Assembly (NCBI RefSeq): GCF_009914755.1 | Contig: NC_060926.1 | Reading direction: 5' to 3' (one strand) | DNA: 64,000 nucleotides | DNA from: the human T2T-CHM13v2.0 reference genome, Homo sapiens | In this document: one piece after another, positions 1 through 12,445 of the stretch | Layout: each line of letters starts with the position of its first letter | How positions within the stretch are numbered: position 1 is the stretch's first letter | Position numbers and translations under genes: made by a program | The notes under the pieces: model-generated | What the model was told of the DNA's origin: nothing | Database searches by the model: none | Seen by the model: only the letters and a program-made list of their open reading frames with translations

Positions 1-449
1 AATCTGTGAAAAATGCTGATTTGATGCGAAAGGGCATTTCTTAATGATGCTTATTTAGGCATTTTTCTTATGTTGGGATTCTCTCTGAGGATAGACTCAG
101 AATCTGATGGCTTCACCAAGACGGCTAACTGCAAAGCTTGCTCAGTGTGAAGAGTCACTCACTCAGATATAGCTCATTCACTTCCACCAAAGTCAGATAT
201 CCTCTTTAGATTACTGGCGTGTCTTAGAGAGCAGAGGTAATCTACTAGTAATTCACCAAGATTATCCTTATTACAATTATAATTACATAACAGGCAGGCC
301 CAGCTCATTTGGTTGGGAAAGTTGTGTACAGGAGGCAGAAAGCAGGTGTCAGTATCTGTCTTGATGTTGCTTTCACATAACATCATAGAGATTCAGAAGA
401 TTTATACATGAATACAGAAGAAAAAAAATTTGTTAACAATCTTGCTAAG

Positions 450-695
450 TAATAACAATAATCGCCAGTGTATGGCAAGCCCTTTGTTAAGCAGCTTACG
501 TGAATGTCTTATTTAAACCCCATAACAACCCGTTAAAAGAAGTACTTTATCGTCCCTATTTTAAAGTCAAGGAAACTGAACTTGAGAGGTTAAGAAATTT
601 AGTCTAAATCCACTGAGCAGTATGCAGTAGAGCTAGGATTCAAACTCAGATCTCACCATCTTTTTGCTGGAGCTCTTAACTGTGATGCTGTACTA
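450..695 (-). mobile_element. MIR SINE relic
   Basis: Reverse-complement MIR core: ...ccctattttaaagtcaaggaaactgaacttgagaggttaag...agagctaggattcaaactcag...ctcttaac. Confidence 0.8.
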
Positions 696-859
696 ACCCT
701 AACCATTAATTTTTTTTTTTTTTTAAGAGAGAGAGAACAAAGTTTGCTATGATTGAATGCTGAATATAGTGTCATTTCTTTTGTCAATGAAGAGAAAGAT
801 ATTTATGGGATGCCTATTCGGAATGGTCTAATAGGGATTGGTGGCTTGGTGTAGTGCCA

Positions 860-1399
<540 letters not shown>

Positions 1400-3178
1400 G
1401 TGGCACTCAGCGTTCATTTTTTTAAATTAAAAAACAACATATTTATGTTTAATATTCTATTAAAAAGGTTTATTATCTATGACTTATTCCTGTCACAGCC
1501 TGTGTAGCCCATATTTTCATTTGTTGGACATTGTACAGATCAAACATTTAGAATATAAAAACCATCTTGAAAGTTATTTGGAAGCTTTGTCTTTATGAGG
1601 ATGCTAGGTTAATTGGAGTGACTAAATTGTAAAATTTAAATTTGTTCCCATGGTCACTGAGATTCTTTCTTGCCAAGGAATTGATCATTTTTCTACTATA
1701 AGACCACTATATAAGAGTAAAAAACTCATACTGCTTTTGAAACATGGGCCCAGTCTACATAAAACCAGTCTTATGTATGTATGTGTTTATTTATTTTTAC
1801 AGAGCATTGAGCCATTTGATAGGTGTCATGTATAACCTTAGTTATATGGGTCTGCGATGGACTTTGCTGAAGATTATTTAACTCCTTTATATCTCTTTAA
1901 AATTGTATGTTATCCTTATGAGATGGAGCATCATACTGATATGCTCACTACTTATCCAAGAATATAAAGGATTGTTATAATTAAGAATTTCTTTGGCAGC
2001 TGAAAATAAATGCAAAGAAGCTTGAAAAGAGAAGACAGGTTTCCTCTCCCAAGTGCACTGAAATTTAAAATGTTGAAGAGAGAGGAGTATACTTTTTGAG
2101 GTTCCCTAAGCAGACATTTCAGTGTCATTTTAATCAGCCAGATGTGAGGGTCGTTATATGACTGCAGAGTTTGCACAGTCAGCTTGTTTGGGTCAGAAAA
2201 AGAAATAATTAAATGTCCTATGCTCAAGGTACATGTCATACTATTGTTTGTTTAAAAGTGGTGGGCAGGAAAGAGACACCTCTGGATGATGAAGCCCCAA
2301 GGAGAGATGGCATAAAGTGGTATGCTTATGAAACCTGGCGGACTAAAGCCTTGTGTTTGCTAACAAATTACTCTGTAGGGTTAATCTGGCCTGTTCCTAT
2401 TCCCTCTTTAAAATAACATTGTAGCAAACTACATGTTGCTGGGAGGTAGCCAAGTGCATTTCAGTTTGAATCACTTAGGTTAAGATCTGGAGCCTTGTAA
2501 AACAGCTCTGTCCTACACAGAGGCACACTATTTACTTGGGAAATGAATTGGCAGTATTCATTTTATGATGATGATTCATTGAACAGTGTTTCTGAGGGTG
2601 AGTTTTGCTTTGCTAAGGGGGTTCATCAACGGTTATTGAGCTTGATTTTTCAGACCAAAGTAAAGTTTATTTCTGGGAATTAGAGTTTGAAAAAGGCATG
2701 TTCTGCCCTCATTCAGTGAGGATATTTTCCAGATCCTTCCAGTGGCAGTTACTGGAGAGATGATGTGATAATTTTGTTGGAGAGTTCCCTTGAAAGGCTT
2801 CTGAAATCATAGTTTTAGGGCTCATTATAACTCGAGATCTTTTTTCAACTTGTCATTTTATATATTTATATCTGTTTTATGGTAAGTTTATAATGGAATT
2901 GCTTGAGTTTTACCAAGATTTACATACTTTAAAGATCTGTGTACCTCCCAAGTTTGAATTTTTTTTCAAACTTGGGGTATAATTGGGATGTAATGCATAT
3001 ATCCTAAAATTCACCCTTTTACAATTAAGTGGTTTTAAGTATATTCACAGAGTTGTACAATGATCATCACTATTTAATTTCAGTACATTTTCATCATCCC
3101 AAAAAGAGACATCATACCTATTAGTAGTTGCTCCCCGTTTCCCCTTCCTTCAGTTCCCAGCAACCCACTTGCCTACTT

Positions 3179-3548
3179 TGAAGTCTTCGTTTGCATAGGG
3201 TATAACTTTGTAACTTCACTTCAGCCTCTGATTCAGCCTCCTGTGATCAATCAGATTGGCCGCTGGCTGAGTCTTCATTTACATAGGGTATAACCGAGTA
3301 ACTAATGGGAAACCTCTAGAGGGTATTTAAACCCCAGAAAATTCTGTAACCAGCACTCTCGAGCCACCTGCTTGAGCCTGCTCTCACTCTGTGGAGTGTA
3401 CTTTTGTTTCAGTAAATAAGTGCTTTCATTATTTCATTTTTCGCTTCATTCTTCATTCATTCATCATTCTTTGTGTGTTTTGTCCAATTCTTTGTTCAAA
3501 ATGCCAAGAGCCTGGATGACTTGTAGTCAATACCCTCCACCAGTAACA
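3179..3548 (+). mobile_element. MER51-family ERV1 solo LTR, 5' part deleted
   Basis: gtcttcgtttgcatag...ctttgtaacttcacttcagcctctgatt; aatgggaaacctctag; ttttgtccaattctttgttcaaaatgccaag...cagtaaca end; CTTT repeated at both junctions in the L1MB host. Confidence 0.88.
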
Positions 3549-4149
3549 CTTTCTGTCTCTATGGATTTGCCTATTCTGGACATATCATACAAATGGACTC
3601 GTGCAATATTATGTGGGCCTTTTGTGCCTGCAACTCCTTCTTAGCATACTTAGCATGATGTTTTTAAGGTTCACTGATGTCGCTGTCAGTATTTTATTTT
3701 TAGGGCTAAATAATAGGCCAATGCATGGATAATATACCATTCATCAATTGATGAAAATTTTAGTTCTTTCCATTTTTTTTCTTTTGCTATTATGAGTAAG
3801 GCCACTATAAACATTGTGTATAAGTGTTTGTGTGAACTGTTGTTTTAAATTCTCCTGGGAGTGGAATTGCTGCATCATGCAGTGACTCTATATTTAACTT
3901 TTTGAAGAACTGACAAGCTTTTCCAAATTGGATGCACCATTTTACATTCCTACCAATAATATATGAGGGTTTCAATTTCTCCATATTATTGCCAGCATTT
4001 GCTATTGTCTGTCTGGATCATAGGTGGTACCTCATTGTGGTTTTGATTTGAATTTCTCTAATAACTAAGAAACATTTTATTATGTCTTATTGACCATTTG
4101 CATATGTTGTTTGGAGAAATGTCTATTCAAACCCTTTGGCCATTTTTAA

Positions 4150-7100
4150 TTTTTATTTTGTGGGAGATATATATATACATATGGCATATGAGATATTTTG
4201 ATACAGACATACAATTTGTAATAATCACATGATCACATCAGGGTAGATGGAGTACCCATCACTTCAAGCATTTATCGTTTGTGTTACAAACAATCCAGTT
4301 ATACTCTTTTAGGTTTTTTTAAAATGTACAATTAAATTATTATTGACTGTAGTTGCCGCGTTGTGCTATCAAATACCAGATCTTAGTCATTCTTTCTATT
4401 TTCTTGTGCCCATTAACCATCCCCAATTCCCCCTCCCCACCACATCCCCCATTATCTTTCTGGGCCTCTGATACCCATTGTTCTATTCTGTGTCTCCATG
4501 ATTTCAATTGTTTTGATTTTTAGCTCCCACAAATAAGTGAGAATGTGCAGTTTGTCTTTCTGTGCCTGGCTTATTTTACTTAGCATAGTGACCTCCAATT
4601 CCATCTGTGTTCTTGCAAATGACAAGATCTCATTCTTTATGATGGCTGAATAGTACTCCATGGTATATACCACATTTTCTTCTTCCATTTATCTGTTGGT
4701 GGACACTTAGGTTGTTTCAAAATCTTGGCTAGTGTGAATAGTACTGCATTAAACATGGGAGTGCAGATATCTCTTTGATATACTGATTTCCTTTTTTTGG
4801 GTATATGCCTAACAGTGGAATTGCTGGATCATAAGGTAGCTCTATTTTTAGTTATTTTGAGGAACCTCCAAATTGTTCTTCATAGTGTTTGAACTAATTT
4901 ACATTCCCACCAATAGTATACAAGTGTTCCTTTTTCTCCACATACTTGCCAGCCTTTGTTATTGCCTGTCTTTTGGATAAAAGCCATTTTAAATAGAGTG
5001 AGATGGTCTCTCATTGCAGTTTTGATTTGCATTTCTCTGATGATTAGTGATGTTGAGCACCTTTTCATATGCCTATTTTCCAATTGTATGTTTTCTTTTG
5101 TGAAATGTCTATTCAGATCTTTTGTCAGTTTTTATCTGGATTATTACATTTTTTCCCTATAGAGTTGTTTGAGCTCCTTATATAGTCTTGTTTTTAATCC
5201 CTTGTTCAGATAGTGTATTAGGCCATTCTTGCATTGCTATAAATACCTGAGACTGGGTAATTTATAAAAAAGAGAGGTTTAATTGGCTCATGGTTCTGCA
5301 GGCTTTACAGGAAGCATTGTGCTTGCATCTGCTTGGTTTCCTCAGAGGCCTCAGGAAGCTTACAATCATGGCAGAAGGCAAAGGGGGAGTAGGCACATCA
5401 CATGGTGAGAATGGAGCAAGAAAGAGAGAAAGTTGATGGGGGAGATGCTCCACACTTTTACACAACCAGATCTCATGTGAAATCAGAATGAGATTTCACT
5501 TTTCACTAAGGGAATGGCCTAAGCAATTCATGAGGGATCTGCCCCATGAGCCAAACACCTCCCACCAAGTCCCCACCTCCAACACTGGTAATTACAATTC
5601 AACATAAAATTTGAGTGGGGACAAATATCCAAACTATATCGGGTAGGTAGTTTGCAAATATTTTCTCCCATTCTACAGATTGTCTTTTCATTTTGTTGAT
5701 TGTTTCACTCACTGTGCAGAAACTTTTTAACTTGAGGTGATCTGATTTGTCCATTTTTGCTTTGGGTACCTCTGCTTGTGGGGTATTTGTCAAGAAATTT
5801 TTGCCAGTCCAGTGGCCTGGAGAATTCCTTCAATGTCTTCTGTTAGTAATTTATAGTTTGAGGTATTAGACTTAAGTCTTTATTTTGATTTGATTTTTGA
5901 AAATGGTGAAAGATTGAAGTCTAGTTTTATTCTTCTGCAAGTGGATATCCAGGTTTCCCAGCACAATTTATTGAAAAGACTGTCCTTTCTGTGTTGTTTT
6001 TTTTTCTCTTGATGTTTTTAGGATCTTTTCTTCATATGTGATCTTTGGGTATTTAGTTATTAAATGCCTTGAAGTAATCTTCTTTGGGTTAAATCTGCTT
6101 GGTATTCTATAACCTTCTTGTACTTGAATATTGATATCTTTGTCTATGTTTGAGAAGTTCTCTGTTATTAACCCTTTGAATAAACTTTCTACCCCTGTTT
6201 CTTTCTGTACCTCCTCTTTAAAGCCAATAACTCTTAGGTTTGCCCTTTTGAAGCTATTTTCCAGATGTTGTAGGAGTGCTTCATTTTTTTTCTTTTTTTC
6301 TTTTTTCTCTTCCGTGTGTTTTCAAATAGCCTGTCTTCCAGCTTGCTAGTTCTTTCCACTCCTTGATCAATTCTGCTATTAAGACACTCTGATGCGTTCT
6401 TCAGTATGTCAGTTGCATTTTTCAATTCCAGAATTTCTGCTTGATTCTTTTTATTTATTTCAATTTCTTTGTTAAATTTATCTGATAGAATTTTGAATTA
6501 CCTTTCTGTGTTATCTTGAATTTTTTTGAGTTTTCTGAAAACAGCTATTTTGAATTCTGTGTCTGAAAGGTCACATATCTTTATCTCTCCAGGCTTGGCC
6601 CCTGGTTCCTTATTTAGTTTGTTCAGTGAGGTCATGTTTTCCTGCAGGATCTTGATGTTTGTAGATGTTCGACATCTGGGCATTGAAGAGAAGATATTTA
6701 CTGTAGTCTTCACAGTCTGGACTTGTTTGTACCTATCCTTCTTAGGAAGGCTTTCCAGGTATTTGAAGGGACCTTGGTATTTTGATTTTGGTCACTGCAG
6801 CTGTGTCTGCATTAGGGGACACCCCAAGCCCAGTGATACCATAGTTCTTGCAGACTCATAGAGGTATTGCCTTGGTGGTCTTGGATAAGTTCTAGAATAA
6901 TTCTCTGGATTACCAGGCAAGATCTTTGTTCTCCTGCCTTACTTTGTCTCCAACAAATAGAGTCTCTCTCTCTTTCTTTCTTTACTAAAGCCAGCACAGT
7001 ACTGGGTCTTGCCTAAGGCCCACTATAACCACTACCTGTCTACTGCCTATGTTCACTCAAGACACTAGGGCTCTACAATCAGCAGGTGGTAAATCCAGCT

Positions 7101-8611
7101 ACTCTTGTGTCTTTCCCTTTAGGGCAGAAAATTCCCTTGGGCTCTAGGCAGGTTCAGAGATGTCTGGGAGTCAGGGCCTGGAGTTGGAAACCATAGAAAT
7201 CTACCTGGTGCTCTATTCTGCAGCTAAACTGGCCCTGAAACCACAAGACAAAGTTTCTGCCACTCTTCCCTCCCCTTGCGCCAGCAGAGGAATCACTGCC
7301 TATGCCTACCACCACTGCAGGCCCGTGGGAAGTACTGCCAGGGTACCACTGACAATTCACTTAAGGTACAAGTGCCTTTCAGTCAACTTGTGCTGAATGC
7401 TTCTAGGCCTGGGACTCTCCTTTCAGGGACTTAGGCTCCCTTCTGACCCAGCGTAGGTACAGAAGTGCCATCCAAAAGCCAAAGCCTGGAACCAGGGACC
7501 CTAAGAGACTGCAGGATCCTCTCCCCTACTGTGGATAAGCTGGTACCTAGGCTGTAAGACACAGTCTCCTCTGTTTTTCCCTTTCCTTTCTCAAGCAGAA
7601 GGAGGCTCTCTGCAGTCTGAATATGCTGTGAATATGCTGGGTCACATTGGAAGCCAGCACATCTGAGTCTCACCCAAGGCCCACAGTGTGTATTACTTGG
7701 TTACTGCTGCTAATTATTCAGGGCTCAAGGGCTTCTTTAGTCAGCAAGTGATGAATCCTGCCAGGATTGAGTCTTTCCTTTGAAGCAGTGGGTTCCCTTC
7801 TGGCCAAGGGTGTTTCTAGAAATGTTATCTGAAAGCTAGGGCCTGGAATGGGGGCCTCACAACTCTGCCGGATTCCCTGTTCTACTGTGGCTGAGCTGGT
7901 ATCCAACTTTCAGAACAAAGTCCTGTTTACTCTTCCTTCTCCTCTCCTCAAGCAGAAGGAAGCGGTCTCTTTTGGAGCTGCAAGCTGTGCTGCCTGTGCT
8001 TGTAGAGGGGTGACAGAAGCACTCCCTTAGCCACCCTGACTGGTGTCTCACTAGGTCATGTGCCCCACAAGTCCACTGGCTGTGAGCCCAGCACAGCACT
8101 AGGACATGCCCAGGAGTTGCAGTCCTTGTGGTTTAGACAGCCTTTCAAGTTTATTTAGAATCCCACAGTACTTTAGCCTGCAGTGGTGAGGCTTGCTGAA
8201 ACTCAAGTTCCACCAGCTGGGATGGGTGATTCCCTTCTTTCCAGGGCTGGTCTAAATGCTCCCTCTATGAGCACCAGCTGAATTCTGCCCAGTGTTGGCA
8301 GCACTGAATTCCAAAATCCTGCAGTTGCCTGCTCTACCTCCCACAAGCCCACAGATTCCCTCCTCATGCCACATGGCCTCTGCCAGGGGATGGAGGAGGG
8401 GGTGGCCTCAGCAATTCAAGACTATCTTTCCTATCTTCTTCAGTGCCTCTTTCAGTGATATTAAGTTAAAACCAGCTACTGTGATTGCTTCCCTGATTTT
8501 TGGTTCTTATGAAGTTGCTTTTTTGCATAGATAGTTGTCACATTTGGTGTTCTGCAAGGGGGACCACTGGTGGAGGCTTCTATTTGGCCATTTACTCTGC
8601 CTTTCTCTTCC
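4150..8611 (-). mobile_element. L1MA (L1MA1/2-like) with 5'UTR, partial ORF1, large internal deletion, ORF2 C-terminus and 3'UTR
   Basis: ORF2 C-terminal peptides in ORF track (4452-4688, 4880-5083, 5599-5793); ORF1 peptides (6234-6425, 6498-6713); GC-richer 5'UTR 6750-8600; TSD TGGCCATTTTTAA 4137-4149 / TGCCCATTTTTAA 8612-8624. Confidence 0.9.
5214..5641 (-). mobile_element. MSTA-like MaLR solo LTR inserted in L1MA
   Basis: tgtattaggccattcttgcattgctat...gaggcctcaggaagcttacaatcatggcagaaggc...atccaaactatatc; 5-bp TSD GATAG/GGTAG. Confidence 0.92.
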
Positions 8612-8633
8612 TGCCCATTTTTAAATTGGGTTG

Positions 8634-8952
8634 TGCTGTGGTTTGAATATGCCCTTCCCAAAATTCAAGTGTTGCCAATGTGATGGTATTAGGAGGTGGG
8701 GTCTCTAAGAGGTGAGACCTCTTAATAGCCATGAGGCTATTAAGGCCCTTATAAAAGAGGCTTCATATAGCATTTGGGCAGCTTGCCCTTCTGCCATGTG
8801 TGGATGTATCAAGAAGGCCTTCACCAGACCAAATGCCATCTCCTTGATCTTGAACTTCCCAGTTTCCAGAACTGGGAGAAATAAATTTTTATTCTGTATA
8901 AATTACCGAGTCTCAGGTATTCTGTTATAGCAGCTGAAAACGTACTAAGACA
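8634..8952 (+). mobile_element. MaLR solo LTR (MSTC/MSTD/MLT1A-like)
   Basis: tgctgtggtttgaatatg...cttgatcttgaacttcccagtttccagaactgggagaaataaat...agtctcaggtattctgttatagcagc...actaagaca. Confidence 0.85.
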
Positions 8953-8960
8953 AGTTATTT

Positions 8961-9212
<252 letters not shown>

Positions 9213-11649
9213 TGAGTTATAGAAGTTCTTAATATAATCTAGATACAAGTTGCTTATCAAATATGACTTGCAAGTACATTTTATCATTCTGTGGATTGTC
9301 TTATTACATTCCTGATAATGTCCTTTGAAGCATAAAAACATTTTTTGGTGAAATCCAGTTTTTATTTGCTTATGCTTTTGGTGTCATATCTAAAAAAAAA
9401 ACCCCACATAATCAAAAGTCATGAAGATTTATGCCTATGTTTTCTTCTAAAAGTTTTATAGTTTTACCTGTTACTTTTAAGATCTTTGGTCCATTTTGAG
9501 TTAACTTTTGTATATGGTATGAGGTAGAGTTCCAACTTGATTCTTTTTTTGTGGATATCCAGTTGTTCTGGCACCATTTGTTGAAAAGACTGTCCTTTCT
9601 CCATTGAATTGCCTTGACACTGTTTTTGAAAATCATATGACCATAAATGAGAGGTTTTATTTCTGACTCAATTATATTTAGTTGACCTGTATGTTTATAA
9701 TTAGCTTAGGTTTGAACATCTTATTTTCCAATGCACAGATTTCTTTTATTGATCTTTTCTTTAAAATAAAATAAAGAGCTAAAATTTCACTTGTTGGATA
9801 GGTTTCTACCCTGTTTCAGAGGTTGATGGTTTCAGGACTTTTTACTTCTGGCTTCATGGTTTGAAAATATATTTATTTTGAGAAAGGACAGTTCATTCCA
9901 ATCATCCTTACAATCCAAGTATGTGTGAAGTTCTTGAAGGAGTTGTGATTATTATAATTTTCAACATTTTTCTATGAAAATTCATAAGATTTTCACTCAA
10001 TGATATTTTTATTATGAAGATTCAGATGTTTTGCACTCTAAATCATGTCCCCTCAAAATGTGGTTATGCTATAGTGCAGGTTCTGCCCAGGAACCAAGAC
10101 TGTCCTGGATATGTGTAAAGAAAGTGATTGCCCTACGTTAGTAGTGTAATTTGAAGGTAACCAGAACACAGTGGTCACTAGGGCTCTCTTGATATTGGGT
10201 TGCAATGAAAATATGTTGCTTGAGAAGAGTAATAGTAACCCTCTCATATCCAGTGATAGTGAATGAAGAGAAATTTAAAGTTTATTTTAATACTTATCTA
10301 GATTGCAGACATGGGTCTTTTTTTTTATTCCTGGGGGAAAGAAGAAACACACTTGAAAGATATATTTTCCTTCTGCAATTTTTCCCCTGTATACATCATG
10401 CAACTGGCACTTTTCATAGGAGGTTGTTCTGCAATCTTAAAGTAACTGGAGTGTTTTCCTCTAGCTCATTGAGACCATTTAGGCTTTTAATGCAATAGGA
10501 GCTCACAGAGCAAAATGGGGTCCTTGAAGCCACCTTGTTTAAAGTTGAAGTGTTTCATTTGAGTGTTTCCAAACTATGTCTTATTTTGAAGGCAACTGAT
10601 AAAAGTGGCTCCTTTGTGCTTTGATAAAAATGTGAAATGGAAAAGACTAGGCCATGAAAAAACATAAACCTGTAAAAAGATATCATAAGGGATATGAGGG
10701 ACACAGAAGATAGATGATATATTTTTCCTTCTAATACAATTTTATAAAATACTGCCTTGTTTAATTCTCTCCTTTAGATCACAGGACAAAGAAAAGAATA
10801 CATTGATTCAAATAAACAAGTGGAAAATTTGAGGATATTGGAATTGGGGCCAATCTTTTGCTGGTACTATAAGCTATTTAGAGAGGCCCAAGCCATTCAG
10901 AGAGAAAAGATAGAGTGCTATCAAAATGCTCCAGTGTACAATGGGGAGCAGGGAGACTTGTCAGGGGCCCCATGCTTTACCTGCTCTGCTCAGAGTCACA
11001 GAACTTTATCTTTCTCTCTCACTGGATCATTTCAGAAAGTGACAGGGGATATAAGTGATATTACCCAGATGGCTATTTCTAGATGTCTCAATTTCTGGAA
11101 GTTAGGATATGTCATTGTGATAAATGCTTCTGCTCTCTGAATATTCCATAGAAACATTGGCGCTAGAGAAAGAATATTCTGCCAGCCATCAGGAAGGATG
11201 ATAGATTTAGGATGGAAGATGTATTCTGGGGTTGGCTGGCTCTGGAACGGTCTCCCTTGGTTGGGTCTCCAGCCTTGCTTACTTCTGTTATGGGGAAGCC
11301 CTGGCATCGTAACCAGGGGCCAAGTGGAGCGGTGTACTCAGATGCTCCTTGTACCAGTATGGCCTGCCCTCACAGAGACAGGGAAGCAGACAGGCCCTTG
11401 GTGTCTACCCACCTCCCTTCCTGTGCTGTCTTCTCTGCCTTGTGGCTGGCCTATCTCCGGAGGCCTCAGTTTCCACTCAAAGTCCCTGGCATCCTAGGGC
11501 TCCCACTGTGGCAATTGACTCAGTCCTGCCTGGGGTGCTTCTGTTTTAACAAGTGGCTTCCGACAAGGCAGAGGCTCAACACAAACGTAGCAATTTCAGG
11601 CAATAGTGGAAGTCAGAGTGAGGAGTTAGGGCATGGTAATTGTAAATAA

Positions 11650-11890
11650 CAGTGGAGACAATAGTAAGTTCATTTTTATCAAGCACTTTACGTGGCAGGG
11701 CTGAGCTGAGTGCCACCTACATGATTTCAGTGTCAGGACACTGGTCTGAACTGGGTTTCATTAGAATCCTCATGGTGAGGAAGCCTGAAGAGGGAAGGTC
11801 ACTGGCCAAGGTCATATGGATATTGATTAGAAAAAATGAGAATTCATGTCAGATAGTATGATGCCAAAATCCATACCCTTAGCTACCATA
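11650..11890 (-). mobile_element. MIR relic
   Basis: aagcactttacgtggcagggctgagctgagtgc...gtgaggaagcctga...gccaaggtcatatgg...atgccaaaatccatacccttagctacca. Confidence 0.55.
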
Positions 11891-11929
11891 GTTGTCCTAA
11901 AGAGCATATCAGGGAAGTGCCTGTATTGG

Positions 11930-12445
11930 CAAGAACAGATGGGGTTCTAGAAAAGGTTAGGGCGGGACTGTGACCTTCAGTCAAGGAATGAATGCAGCCC
12001 AAGATGACAATGGAGGGAGGAAGTCCAGGAATAAATAGCAGGACCTTCTCTCTTCTTCTGTCTAATATCCTGCAGATGCTTGCCAGTGACTGAGCCCAGT
12101 GGGAAGCTAGCGGTCTGGACAATCCATTGCTGTAACTCATATAGATCAGAGCTGCTGGAACAAGGGGAGGAAGTGGCTGTCACTATAGGAGCAGGGCCGC
12201 CAGACATGAGCTCTGCCTTAGGCAGAGGGATGTACCAATGCCAGACCACAGACTGCATTTGGGAAAGAGGAGGAAACTCCCTTTACTTTCTGTCTTTCTT
12301 TGCTCCCATCCCTTGCCAGGGACACTTATTGGCCATGCCCAGTGAGATGCTAGAAGGCAGGGAAGCTGGTTTGATGCAGCCTCCTGGAGTACAGAGCAGG
12401 AGGGTAGAGTGAATCTGAAGAAGCACATGAAAACAATCCCATACA
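11930..12445 (-). mobile_element. LTR33-like ERVL LTR relic
   Basis: ggagggaggaagtccaggaataaatagcaggacc...gccagtgactgagcccagtgggaagc and ...gaaggcagggaagctggtttgatgcagcctcctggagtacagagcaggagggtagagtgaatctg resemble LTR33; strand uncertain. Confidence 0.55.

Noticed and set aside
10820-12428. Cluster of overlapping 66-145 aa ORFs on both strands
   Set aside because: Locally higher GC plus MIR/LTR33 relics; no recognisable protein.
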